A stretch of DNA of 64,000 nucleotides from Acholeplasmatales bacterium (lineage in GTDB: Bacteria; Bacillota_I; Bacilli_A; Acholeplasmatales; Anaeroplasmataceae), in assembly GCA_017542485.1 (NCBI GenBank), contig JAFXXC010000001.1, positions 20,285 to 84,284 on the forward strand, written 5' to 3'. The position numbers and the translations under genes are program-made. Below are positions 41,487 to 51,568 of the stretch, piece after piece; position 1 is the stretch's first letter; the number at the start of each line of letters is the position of its first letter. The notes below the pieces were generated by a model that searched no databases, had not been told where the DNA came from, and saw only the letters and a list, made by a program, of their open reading frames with translations.

Positions 41487-41735
41487 TTACTCCTTACTAT
41501 CGATATCTAAATGTATCTTTTTTCCTTCCTTAGAAGCTCCAGCATAAAGAACTGTTCTTATAGCCTTTGCAATTATTCCGCCTTTGCCAATTACTCTACC
41601 TAAATCATTAGGATTAACTAGAACCTTAAATTCTAAATTATCTTCAGATTCAGATACTTTGACAATTTCAACATCATTAGGGTATGCGACTAAAGGAAGA
41701 ATTAAGTTTTCAATTAACTCTTCAAACTTTATCAT
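41487..41735 (-). CDS. khpA: KH-domain RNA-binding protein KhpA
   Basis: DLGRVIGKGG..AKAIRT; directly after rpsP. Confidence 0.92.
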   Translation of the reverse strand: MIKFEELIENLILPLVAYPNDVEIVKVSESEDNLEFKVLVNPNDLGRVIGKGGIIAKAIRTVLYAGASKEGKKIHLDIDSKE

Positions 41736-41746
41736 TCCTATACCTC

Positions 41747-41992
41747 TTACTTTTCAATAATGTTATTTGCCTTTAAGATATTCTTAACTGTAACAGTAGG
41801 TTGAGCACCGTTTGCTAACCATGCCTTAACCTTGTCAGCATCTAAAGAAACTGTAGCAGGCTCAGTTAATGGATTGTAAGTACCTAAAATTTCTAAGAAC
41901 TTACCATCACGAGGTGATCTTGAGTCAGCAGCAACTATACGATATTTTGGAGCCTTATGTGCACCAAATCTTTGTAATCTAATCTTTACCAT
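41747..41992 (-). CDS. rpsP: 30S ribosomal protein S16
   Basis: [22 protein letters not shown]...GAQPT. Confidence 0.98.
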   Translation of the reverse strand: MVKIRLQRFGAHKAPKYRIVAADSRSPRDGKFLEILGTYNPLTEPATVSLDADKVKAWLANGAQPTVTVKNILKANNIIEK

Positions 41993-42085
41993 AAATAATA
42001 CACTCCTTTACTTTATTATTACCGATAGATATTATATCATATAAAAAAGCACTGTCAAGCATTTTTTCTTGACAGCTTTCTTTTT

Positions 42086-42313
42086 TTAATTAATACTGAA
42101 TTGTGTTGAATTAACTAGTAACATAATTCCAGATGTTACTAAATATGAAATAGCCAATGCCAATAATATTTGTCCTAATCTAATAGCCCAAATATAACCT
42201 TGTTTAAATAACTTCTCAAAATTACTACACAAGACAACAAAATAAGAAATCACAAATACCAATAAAAATACTGAAGTATAAATAATATTGTATACATTAA
42301 TATCTAAAAACAT
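42086..42313 (-). CDS. Small membrane protein, DUF1146-like
   Basis: Two TM segments around NFEKLFKQG. Confidence 0.6.
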   Translation of the reverse strand: MFLDINVYNIIYTSVFLLVFVISYFVVLCSNFEKLFKQGYIWAIRLGQILLALAISYLVTSGIMLLVNSTQFSIN

Positions 42314-42314
42314 A

Positions 42315-42728
42315 TTACTTATCCTCTTCTTTATATTTAATAACAATCTTAATTACTTCTTTAGGAAGCTTCAATCCATGACTAAATGGATTTAATACAT
42401 AGCCCTCAATATAATTATTATCTACTACACTATCATTACATAAATCCTTAAATAAATGATTTACCTTAGTAAGCTTCTTTAAATCTCCACCAATATGATC
42501 ATCATTTGTGAAAATAGGAATATAATTCTTCTTCTCACTATCTGTAATAACAAGTGGTGTTATAGCTTCATCATTTAATTTTTTTAAATCACTATTTAAA
42601 CCTCTATCTAAAATAATAACTTCTTCATTAATTAATCTATCAATTAAATCCGCAAAATTCTCATTAGTTTGTTCCTTTAAAAACCTACTAATCAAATCAT
42701 CAATTGTCATCTCTTTGTATTTTTTCAT
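42315..42728 (-). CDS. SseB-family protein
   Basis: YIPIFT and GYVLNPF motifs. Confidence 0.65.
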   Translation of the reverse strand: MKKYKEMTIDDLISRFLKEQTNENFADLIDRLINEEVIILDRGLNSDLKKLNDEAITPLVITDSEKKNYIPIFTNDDHIGGDLKKLTKVNHLFKDLCNDSVVDNNYIEGYVLNPFSHGLKLPKEVIKIVIKYKEEDK

Positions 42729-45039
42729 TCTTAAACCTCTCTATTTCTTTCTTTAATTCATAACTATTACTAACTAAATGTACATTTTTCCAATGTGGTG
42801 GATACAAATTAAAATAGCTATTATATCCAAAACGTTCATCCATAAGTATTGCTATACCCTTATCATTTTCATCTCTTATTACTCTACCAACAGCTTGAAT
42901 AACCTTAGTTATTCCAGGATATGTATAAGCATAATCAAATCCTTTTTCGTATATACTATCAAAATAATCTTTTAATAGATTATTCTCATCACACAATAAT
43001 GGTAACCCAACACCTACAATAATAACTCCAGATAAAGCATCTCCTATAAAATCAATACCCTCAGAAAAAACTCCACCCATCACAAACATACCAACTTTTG
43101 TATTAGTAGTATTCTTAAATTTATCAATTATTTCATTTCTTTCAATATCATTCATTCTATTATTCTGAACTATTAATTCATAATCACAATCATTAATATT
43201 ATCAGCCACCATATTTAAATACTGATATGAAGGAAAAAACACAATATAATTACCAGGCTTTGCCTTAGTTAATATCTCAATCGCTTCTATTATATCATCA
43301 ACTGTATTATTCCTATTATTATATTTTGTTGAAACCTTATTATTAATTATAATATCCAAATTACTAGAATCAAATGGAGATAATAATTCTAAATATTTAC
43401 CATTTGATTGAGTTAATAAATTAGCATGATAATCAATAGGATATAACGTTGCACTAAAAAATACAATTCCATGAATAGAATATTTAATAGTATCCATCAA
43501 TAACTCCGAAGCATCCATACAAAAGTATCTAATCTCAACATTATCATCTGATATACTTGCAATTAACCTATGAGTCTTTCCAAAATATTCATATATTCTA
43601 GTAAAATCTAATATCTTAAAATAACTATCCAATACTAAATCTTTATCAAAAGAATGATTATTCTTATTTTCTTCCAATAACTCATCACACTTATTTAATA
43701 ACAAATATAAAGCATTATGTAATTCGCTATCAGCAGTATCACTAACATAAATAGCCTTCTCAACAACCTTATCTCTATAACCTTCAATTAATTCTATTGC
43801 CTTATTGCACTCTTTCCTTATAGATGGTGTAATACCATTAGTGTTCTTTCTTAATATTCTAATATCCATAGATGATATCGAACTTGAATACATCTCTTTT
43901 GATCTAGATATTAAATTATGTGCTTCATCAACCAAAACCTTAGGCTTATACGTATCATCCTCAAAATATCTAATCAAATGTGCATGTGGATCAAATACAT
44001 AATTATAATCAGCTATAACAATATCACAAAAATAAGACAAATATAAACTAAATTCAAAAGCACATATATTATGCTTATTAGAAACTAATGATATAACTTC
44101 TTCATCATATATATTATAATTAGAAAATATCTCCATAGTAGCACTCTTAAGCCTATCAAAATACCCCTTAGCAAAAGGACAATCCTCAGGATTACAATTT
44201 TGACTTTTCCTATTACATATCTTTCTTTTCGCAACAATATCAATAGCTTTAATCTCTAAACCCTTGTCTTCAAGCAGCCTTAACGCATCTATAGGTGCAT
44301 TCTTTCCACTACCCTTAGCAGTCAAATAAAACAATTTATCCATATCTTCAAGTGACTTCAAAGATGAAAAAATAGTAGCCATAGTCTTACCAATACCTGT
44401 AGGTGCAATAGCATATAAAATGTCTTCATCCTTCATACATTGATAAACTGCCTTCATCAACTCCCTTTGTCCACGTCTCATCTTCTTAAAAGGGAACTCA
44501 ATATCTTCAATGCTTCTTTTTCTATTTATTTTAGATTCTTCTAACAAATTCAAAAATCTGATATAATCTTCTAATGACTTAAAAACAAAATCCTCTAATT
44601 TATCGATATCCTCTTCCATATCAAACGATTTTGTTTCATAACTTAAAATATCGATATAAGTTAATCTAATATTAACTTTATCCATATTATTAATCATTCC
44701 ATATAAATAAGCATATATCTTAGCTTGAGCTAAATGTTCCTTATGATAATCCAAATTAATTAAATCTAAATCACTTGTTGTAGATTTAATCTCTTCAATA
44801 ATAATCTTATTTTTTATATTTAATACACCATCAATAAAACCATGCAATGTATATTCTTTACCATTAATACTAACATTGTACTTGATATATACTTCACTCT
44901 TAGATTTCTTATTATATTGTGATTGTAAATATTCATGTGCCTTCTTGCCTTCATTTTCATCCCTATTTGAAAAAAATTCTAAAGTTAAATCTCCACTGCC
45001 ACATGAAAAATATACTAATTCTTTAACAGCAATATTCAT
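42700..45039 (-). CDS. DinG/XPD-family Fe-S helicase with N-terminal PD-(D/E)xK nuclease
   Basis: IDGV..EEIKST..QAKIY; APTGIGKT; four Cys; DEAHNL; FPSY; QAVGRVIR. Confidence 0.9.
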   Translation of the reverse strand: MNIAVKELVYFSCGSGDLTLEFFSNRDENEGKKAHEYLQSQYNKKSKSEVYIKYNVSINGKEYTLHGFIDGVLNIKNKIIIEEIKSTTSDLDLINLDYHKEHLAQAKIYAYLYGMINNMDKVNIRLTYIDILSYETKSFDMEEDIDKLEDFVFKSLEDYIRFLNLLEESKINRKRSIEDIEFPFKKMRRGQRELMKAVYQCMKDEDILYAIAPTGIGKTMATIFSSLKSLEDMDKLFYLTAKGSGKNAPIDALRLLEDKGLEIKAIDIVAKRKICNRKSQNCNPEDCPFAKGYFDRLKSATMEIFSNYNIYDEEVISLVSNKHNICAFEFSLYLSYFCDIVIADYNYVFDPHAHLIRYFEDDTYKPKVLVDEAHNLISRSKEMYSSSISSMDIRILRKNTNGITPSIRKECNKAIELIEGYRDKVVEKAIYVSDTADSELHNALYLLLNKCDELLEENKNNHSFDKDLVLDSYFKILDFTRIYEYFGKTHRLIASISDDNVEIRYFCMDASELLMDTIKYSIHGIVFFSATLYPIDYHANLLTQSNGKYLELLSPFDSSNLDIIINNKVSTKYNNRNNTVDDIIEAIEILTKAKPGNYIVFFPSYQYLNMVADNINDCDYELIVQNNRMNDIERNEIIDKFKNTTNTKVGMFVMGGVFSEGIDFIGDALSGVIIVGVGLPLLCDENNLLKDYFDSIYEKGFDYAYTYPGITKVIQAVGRVIRDENDKGIAILMDERFGYNSYFNLYPPHWKNVHLVSNSYELKKEIERFKNEKIQRDDN

Positions 45040-45126
45040 CTACAATCACCTCCTAAACATGCACAAATATTATACCAATTTTTAAACAAAATAAAAACCC
45101 AACAAATGTTGAGTTTCTATTTTAAA

Positions 45127-45504
45127 TTACTTTGAAGCAAGAGCAGCTTTAACTTGTGCAGCTGTACCAGAATTATAAGCAGCAGCTGTAGCCTTACCAG
45201 CTACGAAAGTGATAACGATAAATTCAAACTTAGTATTCTCGTCAGCAGCGTCTAGCTTTTCTTTATAATTATCCTTATTATAACCCTTAACAGCAGCGAT
45301 AACACCAGTATTTAATACTAATACTTCGATAGCCTCGTCACCTAAGTCACTTCTTACTGTCTCAACAGTATAATTTTCTCCATTCTCTGCAGCCTTATTA
45401 ATCTTATCTGCATAAGATTGAGATACTTTAGAACATGAAGCAAGTGTAATTAATGCTACAAATACTAAAGCTAAACCAACTAAAATTCTTCTTATTTTTT
45501 TCAT
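45127..45504 (-). CDS. Lipoprotein (paralog A)
   Basis: Lipobox LASC; own RBS and terminator. Confidence 0.75.
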   Translation of the reverse strand: MKKIRRILVGLALVFVALITLASCSKVSQSYADKINKAAENGENYTVETVRSDLGDEAIEVLVLNTGVIAAVKGYNKDNYKEKLDAADENTKFEFIVITFVAGKATAAAYNSGTAAQVKAALASK

Positions 45505-45591
45505 ATAATCTTATCTTCCTTCCTTTACGAAGATTATACTACCAATGCAATAAAAATAAAAGCCTAAGAAATTAATCTTAGACTAATATTT

Positions 45592-45996
45592 TTATAATTT
45601 GCCTGCGACAGCAGCTTCAATCTTAGCTTCAACTTCAGAAGCAGTTCCTGTTACATAAATTGCAGATGTACACTTTCCTAATACGCTAACAACAATTATA
45701 CAAGAAATCTTAGTATCCTTATCAAGATTATCTAACTTCTCATCTAATTGTTCCCATGTAATATCATTCTTGTAGCCCTTAACAGCAACTAAAACACCAC
45801 TTCCTAAAACAGTCAAATCAAAACACTCATCACCAATGTCTTTTTTTGCAGTCTCATAAGTAACATATTCTTCCTTTTCAGCTGCCTTATTAACCTTATC
45901 TACATAAGATTGAGATACTTTAGAACATGAAGCAAGTGTAATTAATGCTACAAATACTAAAGCTAAACTAATTAAAATTCTTCTTATTTTTTTCAT
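45592..45996 (-). CDS. Lipoprotein (paralog B)
   Basis: Lipobox LASC; homologous to paralog A. Confidence 0.75.
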   Translation of the reverse strand: MKKIRRILISLALVFVALITLASCSKVSQSYVDKVNKAAEKEEYVTYETAKKDIGDECFDLTVLGSGVLVAVKGYKNDITWEQLDEKLDNLDKDTKISCIIVVSVLGKCTSAIYVTGTASEVEAKIEAAVAGKL

Positions 45997-46116
45997 ATAA
46001 TTTTTACTTCCTCCCTTTTAAATAAATTATACTACCATAATTTTTAATTTCAATTCATTCTTAAAATTTAAAAAAATAGGCATTTATGCATTTGCATCTA
46101 TGCCTACTTTTTTAAT

Positions 46117-46575
46117 CTAATTATTCTTTAAAAAATCTAAATTATTTATCGCATCTAAATTAGATTTAGTATTATATGTAACTTTTATGTATTTACCATC
46201 TCTAATTATAAATGAGCTTCTTAGTACACCCATAACTTTCTTACCATACATATTCTTTTCTTTAAATACATCATATTTATTAATGACATCTTTATTAACA
46301 TCACTTAATAATATAAATGGTAATTCATTTTTAGATATAAATTTTTTATGGGATTCAATGCTATCCTTAGAAATACCAATTACAACAGTATTTAATTCAG
46401 TAAATTCTTTATATAATTTCTTATATTCTAAAGCTTGGCATGTACATCCTGATGTATTATCCTTTGAATAAAAATATACAATAACTGTCTTATCACTAAA
46501 ATCACTAATAGATACATTATTACCATTGCTATCAGGTAAAACGAAATCTATCATTTCATCATTAACTTTGACCAT
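46117..46575 (-). CDS. bcp: Peroxiredoxin, BCP family
   Basis: YFYSKDNTSGCT, GISKD, KNMYGK..MGVLRS. Confidence 0.88.
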   Translation of the reverse strand: MVKVNDEMIDFVLPDSNGNNVSISDFSDKTVIVYFYSKDNTSGCTCQALEYKKLYKEFTELNTVVIGISKDSIESHKKFISKNELPFILLSDVNKDVINKYDVFKEKNMYGKKVMGVLRSSFIIRDGKYIKVTYNTKSNLDAINNLDFLKNN

Positions 46576-49500
46576 TTACAATTTCTTCTTTCTTATTCAA
46601 TCTATCATTCAATTCTATTTCGGCTTCTGCTTTAAGCTTACCTTCTTTAATTAATTTAATAACAACATCAGCCATATTTGGATCAAATTGAATTTCTTTA
46701 CATCTTTCAAATTCAGATATAATCTTCTCTTTTGGATAAGGATCTTTATATACACGTCTTGTTGCCATGGCATCGAAGCAGTCTGCACAACAAATAATAC
46801 GTGCAACATATGGAATATCTTCGCCCTTCAAGCCTTCAGGATATCCACCACCACCATATTTCTCATGGTGATATTTAGCACCCTCAACAATATTTGGAAT
46901 TGTCGAAATATCAGCAAGTATCTTAGCACCCTTAGTTGTATGACTCTTCATTATAGCAAATTCCTCATCAGTAAGTTTTCCTGGCTTATTTAATATAGCA
47001 TCAGGTATACCAATCTTACCAATATCATGTAGTAATGCAATATAATATAAGTTCTCTAAGTCATCACCTGTCATACCCAATTCTTGAGCAATAATTCTAG
47101 AAAAATGACCTACTCTTATTGAGTGACCATTAGTATATGTATCCTTAGCATCGATTGTACGAGCAATTGCCTCAATAGATTCAATAGTGATACCTTTTAA
47201 TTCTTTTTCTCTTTCTTCTGTCTTTTTCTCTCTAAAATACAATAAACCGAAGTTGAAACCTAAAATTATTGATAAACCAACTAAAGCAATCAAAACCCAG
47301 AACCATACTGTTTCATATAAATGATCTTCTTTAACAAATGATATATCTATTTGATTACTCTTTTGTCCATTCGCATCAACAACATATGCATGGAAAGTAT
47401 ACTTTCCACCAGATAAATTTGTATATGATACTGTGTTAGTATCGTCAGTTGATAATACAAAATCACTATCTATTCCATCAAGCTTATAATAAATACTATA
47501 ACCTTTATGTGGTCTAAATCCAAATACAGATAAATTGAAAGCTACACGGTATACATTCTTATCAACTTCTATACTATCTCCATAATATTTTACACCATCT
47601 AAATCAATAGAATTTAAAGTAATCTTTGTAGGAACTACAACAACCTTTGAATCAGTAAAATCATAAACATATAATCCATTAGTTGACTGGAAATAATATT
47701 TTTGTGCTTCTTCATCATAATAGCCACTTGTATTAGCAATAATAGGTTGAATACCATTAGATGCATCGTAGAACTCATAATTTTCTAATGTATCATTATC
47801 TAATGAATCAACAATATATATTTGTGTTTGACTTGTTATTACATATTTATATTTTTCTTCATTTCCAGTTTTAACCTTAACCTTAGCTATTTCAACAATA
47901 GAACCCTTAACATAAGGAACAATAATCTCACGAACATTTGATTTACCATTTTCAAATGTAACACAGAATAATCTACTATTTAAATTGTAATATAATTTAT
48001 CTCCATCTACTAAAAACTTTAAGCTATTTCCAGCAACATCATTATCTATCGCAAGCTTTGTAATAGTACTAAAATCATCACTAATAGTAAATAATCCATT
48101 TGTTCTATCAAATATTATTTTTCCATCACTAGATTTATTAATATATAATACATTACCACCAACAAAATTGACATCAAAATTAGTACCATCAAATCTCATA
48201 ATTCCTTTTGAATAACCTAATGCCAAATAATTATCGAAAGCTCTTAAACATCTAATAGAATTTGTAACTGAATAATTAGGATTATTATATGAACTATTAA
48301 CATGATTCTTAATATAATTAGCATCATATATATTTATAGCAGCAGTATTAGTATCATACTCAACCAAACCTATTTTATAATATGCAAAATATAATTTACC
48401 TTTAAATTCCTCAACATCTCTACAATCATAATATCCCTTTTTAGATTCCTCTAACTTAAGTGGGATATTTGCAATCTTTTTAGCTCTTTCTTCTAAATCT
48501 TCTTCTTTATTTGCTTCTTCAAGTAAAGCAGCCTCCAATACTGGAGCAACATTATCATCAATATATCCTGTTACAGCTTCAGTTACTGGATTAGTAGTTA
48601 TTATCTTTTTAGCTTCTAAATCGTAAAAATATGAACCAGAAGTTGTGCAAATATATAAAACCTTATTATATTTTTCAACTGCATATACATTTCTATCACT
48701 TGCTGGTGGCATTTCAAGTGTGTTCCATACTTCATCATCATATAACAATTCAAGCAAAGCATTCTTAGTAATAATGGATACACCGGATGCACCAATATAA
48801 TGAGATGCTACCCACAAGTTACCCTCATAATCAATCATCAAATCTACTAATTGAGATTTATTCTCAAGATTATTTGCAAAAGCAAATTCTCCAGTTTCAA
48901 CATCGATACAACAAATACCATTTTTTTCACATGCAACAAATATATATTTCTCACTCTTTGAATAAATTATCTTATTAACTTGATCACCAATATTATAACT
49001 ACCATCTAATAATTCATTATTCTTTAAATCATATCTATATATAAAACCATCTAATGTACCAACTAATAAAACATCATCATAGATATAAATATCCAATATT
49101 TTCTCGTTTTCAAATACTAATTCATTATTAGAATTATATACACCTTTAGATCCAGAATAATAATATGTATTTCTAATGTTATCTATAGCCACATCATCAA
49201 CATTCTTATTATCAGTACCATCTAACATTCTTGATGAATCAGTATTAATATCATATAAAACTATTCCTTTATCTAAAGACGAAATGTAAATAACATCATT
49301 CTCACTATCAATCTCAATATCCTTGATAGTACCAGCATTAGCATTTAAATACGAAAAACTATTATTTTCATATTTAAACAAATTAGCTGATGTCGCGATA
49401 TATAAAACATTATTCTTAGTGGCTAATGCTTTAACATTAATAATATCATACTTAATATCATTCTCAGTAAAATCTTTATAAGTAATGAATTCTCTAGAAT

Positions 49501-49708
49501 CATATCTAGTTAAACCAGAATATTGAGCAACCCATACGAAACCATCATCTGTTTGACATAATGCTTCAGCACCAGATACCTCTAAATCAACAGGTACCTC
49601 AGTCTTATCGCTTAAATAAGAAGATGCGTTGATTTCTACTCCGCTATAAAATATAGCAACTAAAGTTACTAATAAAACAAATATTAAAATTGGAATTCTT
49701 TTTCTCAT
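46562..49708 (-). CDS. Membrane HD-GYP phosphodiesterase with extracellular beta-propeller + Y_Y_Y sensor
   Basis: Signal peptide, QTDDGFVWV/DYEGNLWV repeats, YYKLDG..SYTNLSGGKYTF, TM, HDIGK, HHEKYGGGGYP. Confidence 0.88.
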   Translation of the reverse strand: MRKRIPILIFVLLVTLVAIFYSGVEINASSYLSDKTEVPVDLEVSGAEALCQTDDGFVWVAQYSGLTRYDSREFITYKDFTENDIKYDIINVKALATKNNVLYIATSANLFKYENNSFSYLNANAGTIKDIEIDSENDVIYISSLDKGIVLYDINTDSSRMLDGTDNKNVDDVAIDNIRNTYYYSGSKGVYNSNNELVFENEKILDIYIYDDVLLVGTLDGFIYRYDLKNNELLDGSYNIGDQVNKIIYSKSEKYIFVACEKNGICCIDVETGEFAFANNLENKSQLVDLMIDYEGNLWVASHYIGASGVSIITKNALLELLYDDEVWNTLEMPPASDRNVYAVEKYNKVLYICTTSGSYFYDLEAKKIITTNPVTEAVTGYIDDNVAPVLEAALLEEANKEEDLEERAKKIANIPLKLEESKKGYYDCRDVEEFKGKLYFAYYKIGLVEYDTNTAAINIYDANYIKNHVNSSYNNPNYSVTNSIRCLRAFDNYLALGYSKGIMRFDGTNFDVNFVGGNVLYINKSSDGKIIFDRTNGLFTISDDFSTITKLAIDNDVAGNSLKFLVDGDKLYYNLNSRLFCVTFENGKSNVREIIVPYVKGSIVEIAKVKVKTGNEEKYKYVITSQTQIYIVDSLDNDTLENYEFYDASNGIQPIIANTSGYYDEEAQKYYFQSTNGLYVYDFTDSKVVVVPTKITLNSIDLDGVKYYGDSIEVDKNVYRVAFNLSVFGFRPHKGYSIYYKLDGIDSDFVLSTDDTNTVSYTNLSGGKYTFHAYVVDANGQKSNQIDISFVKEDHLYETVWFWVLIALVGLSIILGFNFGLLYFREKKTEEREKELKGITIESIEAIARTIDAKDTYTNGHSIRVGHFSRIIAQELGMTGDDLENLYYIALLHDIGKIGIPDAILNKPGKLTDEEFAIMKSHTTKGAKILADISTIPNIVEGAKYHHEKYGGGGYPEGLKGEDIPYVARIICCADCFDAMATRRVYKDPYPKEKIISEFERCKEIQFDPNMADVVIKLIKEGKLKAEAEIELNDRLNKKEEIVNGQS

Positions 49709-49932
49709 ATTAACCAACTCCAATACACACTTTTATATATTTTACCACACTTTTAAAATAATATATAGAACAAAGGAAAATAAATTTACCCCAAGGAGCT
49801 TATTACTCCTTTTTTAACCACTTCACATTACTTGAAGTCGTCTTGGTGTGCTCACACCTCTACGTAATAAATTTGAAATTTACTAATAAAAGAAAAACCC
49901 TAGAACAAATATTCTAGAGTTTATTGATAAAT

Positions 49933-50508
49933 TTATGATATTTTTTTAATCTCACTGAATAAGAATTCTGTCTCTGTTGCGAAACCAAACATTTCAGTTA
50001 ATACTGTAACCTTTTCCTTTTCTGGATTAACAGATACAATTTCATATTCACGATCCTTAAATGAACCACTTATAATAACAATCTTATCACCAACATTGTA
50101 TTCTAACTTAGGCTTAACAATTAATCCTAACTTGTTTAAAATACCATCCATCTCTTCTTTTGGAACTGGAACTGGTTTTGTACCACCACCAGAAGATCCT
50201 AAGAAACCTGTTACTTTTGGTGTATTACGTACCATAAACCATAAATCTTCATCCATATCAAAGATTTCTCTTCCAGATGGATCATTTTTCTTTTCAACTT
50301 CCATCTCAACAAATACATAACCAGGGAATAATTTATTAACCTTTTCTTTTTTCTTACCCTTCTTATCAACTACTTCAACAGTTTCTTCTGGAATAAGAAC
50401 TTGATAAATTAAATCTGACATATTCATTGATTCTCTTCTTCTCTCAAGATCTTGCTTAACAGAGTTTTCATATCCTGAATATGTTGTTACTATATACCAT
50501 CTTTTCAT
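49933..50508 (-). CDS. nusG: Transcription factor NusG
   Basis: WYIVTTYSGYE, FPGYVFVEM, VRNTPKVTGF, KOW domain. Confidence 0.96.
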   Translation of the reverse strand: MKRWYIVTTYSGYENSVKQDLERRRESMNMSDLIYQVLIPEETVEVVDKKGKKKEKVNKLFPGYVFVEMEVEKKNDPSGREIFDMDEDLWFMVRNTPKVTGFLGSSGGGTKPVPVPKEEMDGILNKLGLIVKPKLEYNVGDKIVIISGSFKDREYEIVSVNPEKEKVTVLTEMFGFATETEFLFSEIKKIS

Positions 50509-50522
50509 AACATTAATACCTC

Positions 50523-51326
50523 TTAGTTCCTAAAAATTAAAATAAATAATTCAGCCATCAATGTATCATATAAAATGAATAATCCTACAAAAATTGCCAT
50601 AAAAATAAATACACGTAAAACATTTGCCCAGAACTTTGGCATAGTTAACCAAGTAATCTTTTTAAATTCAGGGAATGCTGGCTTAAAGAATGGATAAAGT
50701 GCGTATAAAATACCTATAGATGAAATACTTACTAATACCCACGCAAACACCTTAGGATAAGAACCAATTAATGGGAAATCTTCTTTAACAATCAAAGAAC
50801 CATTTAATATTAATAGTCCTAATGCAAGAACAATTACAGAAACAGCCAAGAACAACCAGTTTTCCCACTTGTGCTCTTCCTTTAGATATTCACCAATACG
50901 ATAAATACCCATACGCTCTTTCTTTTCTTGTTTTTTCTCTATTTGTTTACGAATTTTCTTTTCAACTTCGTTCTTAGAATTAACTGTTGTATTTTTATCG
51001 TCCTTTTTAGGCTCTTCAAGAACTTCCTCTTCTATTTTCTTAGGCTCTTCAGCCTTTTGTTTCTTCTTTTCTTTCTTTTCCTTTTTAGGAGTTTCTTCTT
51101 GTAAAACAGCCTCTTCTTTAGCTTCTTCAAAAACTTCCTCTTTAACTTCAGGTTCTTCAACCTTCTCTTCAGTTTGAGTTTCTTCCTCTAAAACTGTTTC
51201 CTCAGACTTAACCTCATCTAAAGCTTCAGTAGGTTCATTTACCTCTTCTGATTCTTTAGCTTCAACTTCAGGATTAGTAGATTCTAGAGAATCTAAAGTC
51301 TTTTCATTTTCAACATTATCACTCAT
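50523..51326 (-). CDS. secE: Preprotein translocase SecE with long acidic N-terminal extension
   Basis: PEFKKITWLT before the last TM; located between rpmG and nusG. Confidence 0.75.
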   Translation of the reverse strand: MSDNVENEKTLDSLESTNPEVEAKESEEVNEPTEALDEVKSEETVLEEETQTEEKVEEPEVKEEVFEEAKEEAVLQEETPKKEKKEKKKQKAEEPKKIEEEVLEEPKKDDKNTTVNSKNEVEKKIRKQIEKKQEKKERMGIYRIGEYLKEEHKWENWLFLAVSVIVLALGLLILNGSLIVKEDFPLIGSYPKVFAWVLVSISSIGILYALYPFFKPAFPEFKKITWLTMPKFWANVLRVFIFMAIFVGLFILYDTLMAELFILIFRN

Positions 51327-51346
51327 GAGTTACCCTTTCTAACAAA

Positions 51347-51496
51347 TTACTTTGTTTCCTTATGAATAGTATATTTATTACATGTAGGACAGAACTTTTT
51401 AAGTTCTAACCTTTCAGCGCTCTTTTGAGGATTTTTAGTTGTTGAGTAATTTCTAGAAAGACATTCTTCACAAATTAAAATTACTTTTACTCTCAT
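51347..51496 (-). CDS. rpmG: 50S ribosomal protein L33 (Zn-ribbon form)
   Basis: Hand translation [17 protein letters not shown]...[22 protein letters not shown] (49 aa); GGAGG RBS. Confidence 0.96.
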   Translation of the reverse strand: MRVKVILICEECLSRNYSTTKNPQKSAERLELKKFCPTCNKYTIHKETK

Positions 51497-51568
51497 AATT
51501 TTCCTCCATCAAACCAAAATAAAAAACCTTTTACTCAGGTCAGTTATATTTTAACCTACCAAAATAAA

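Noticed and set aside
42052-42075. CTGTCAAG-N8-CTTGACAG palindrome as a novel operator
   Set aside because: Adequately explained as the upstream operon's terminator stem overlapping the rpsP -35 element.
42700-45039. Cas4/DinG as part of a type IV CRISPR system
   Set aside because: No array or cas genes; matches the common stand-alone nuclease-DinG fusion.
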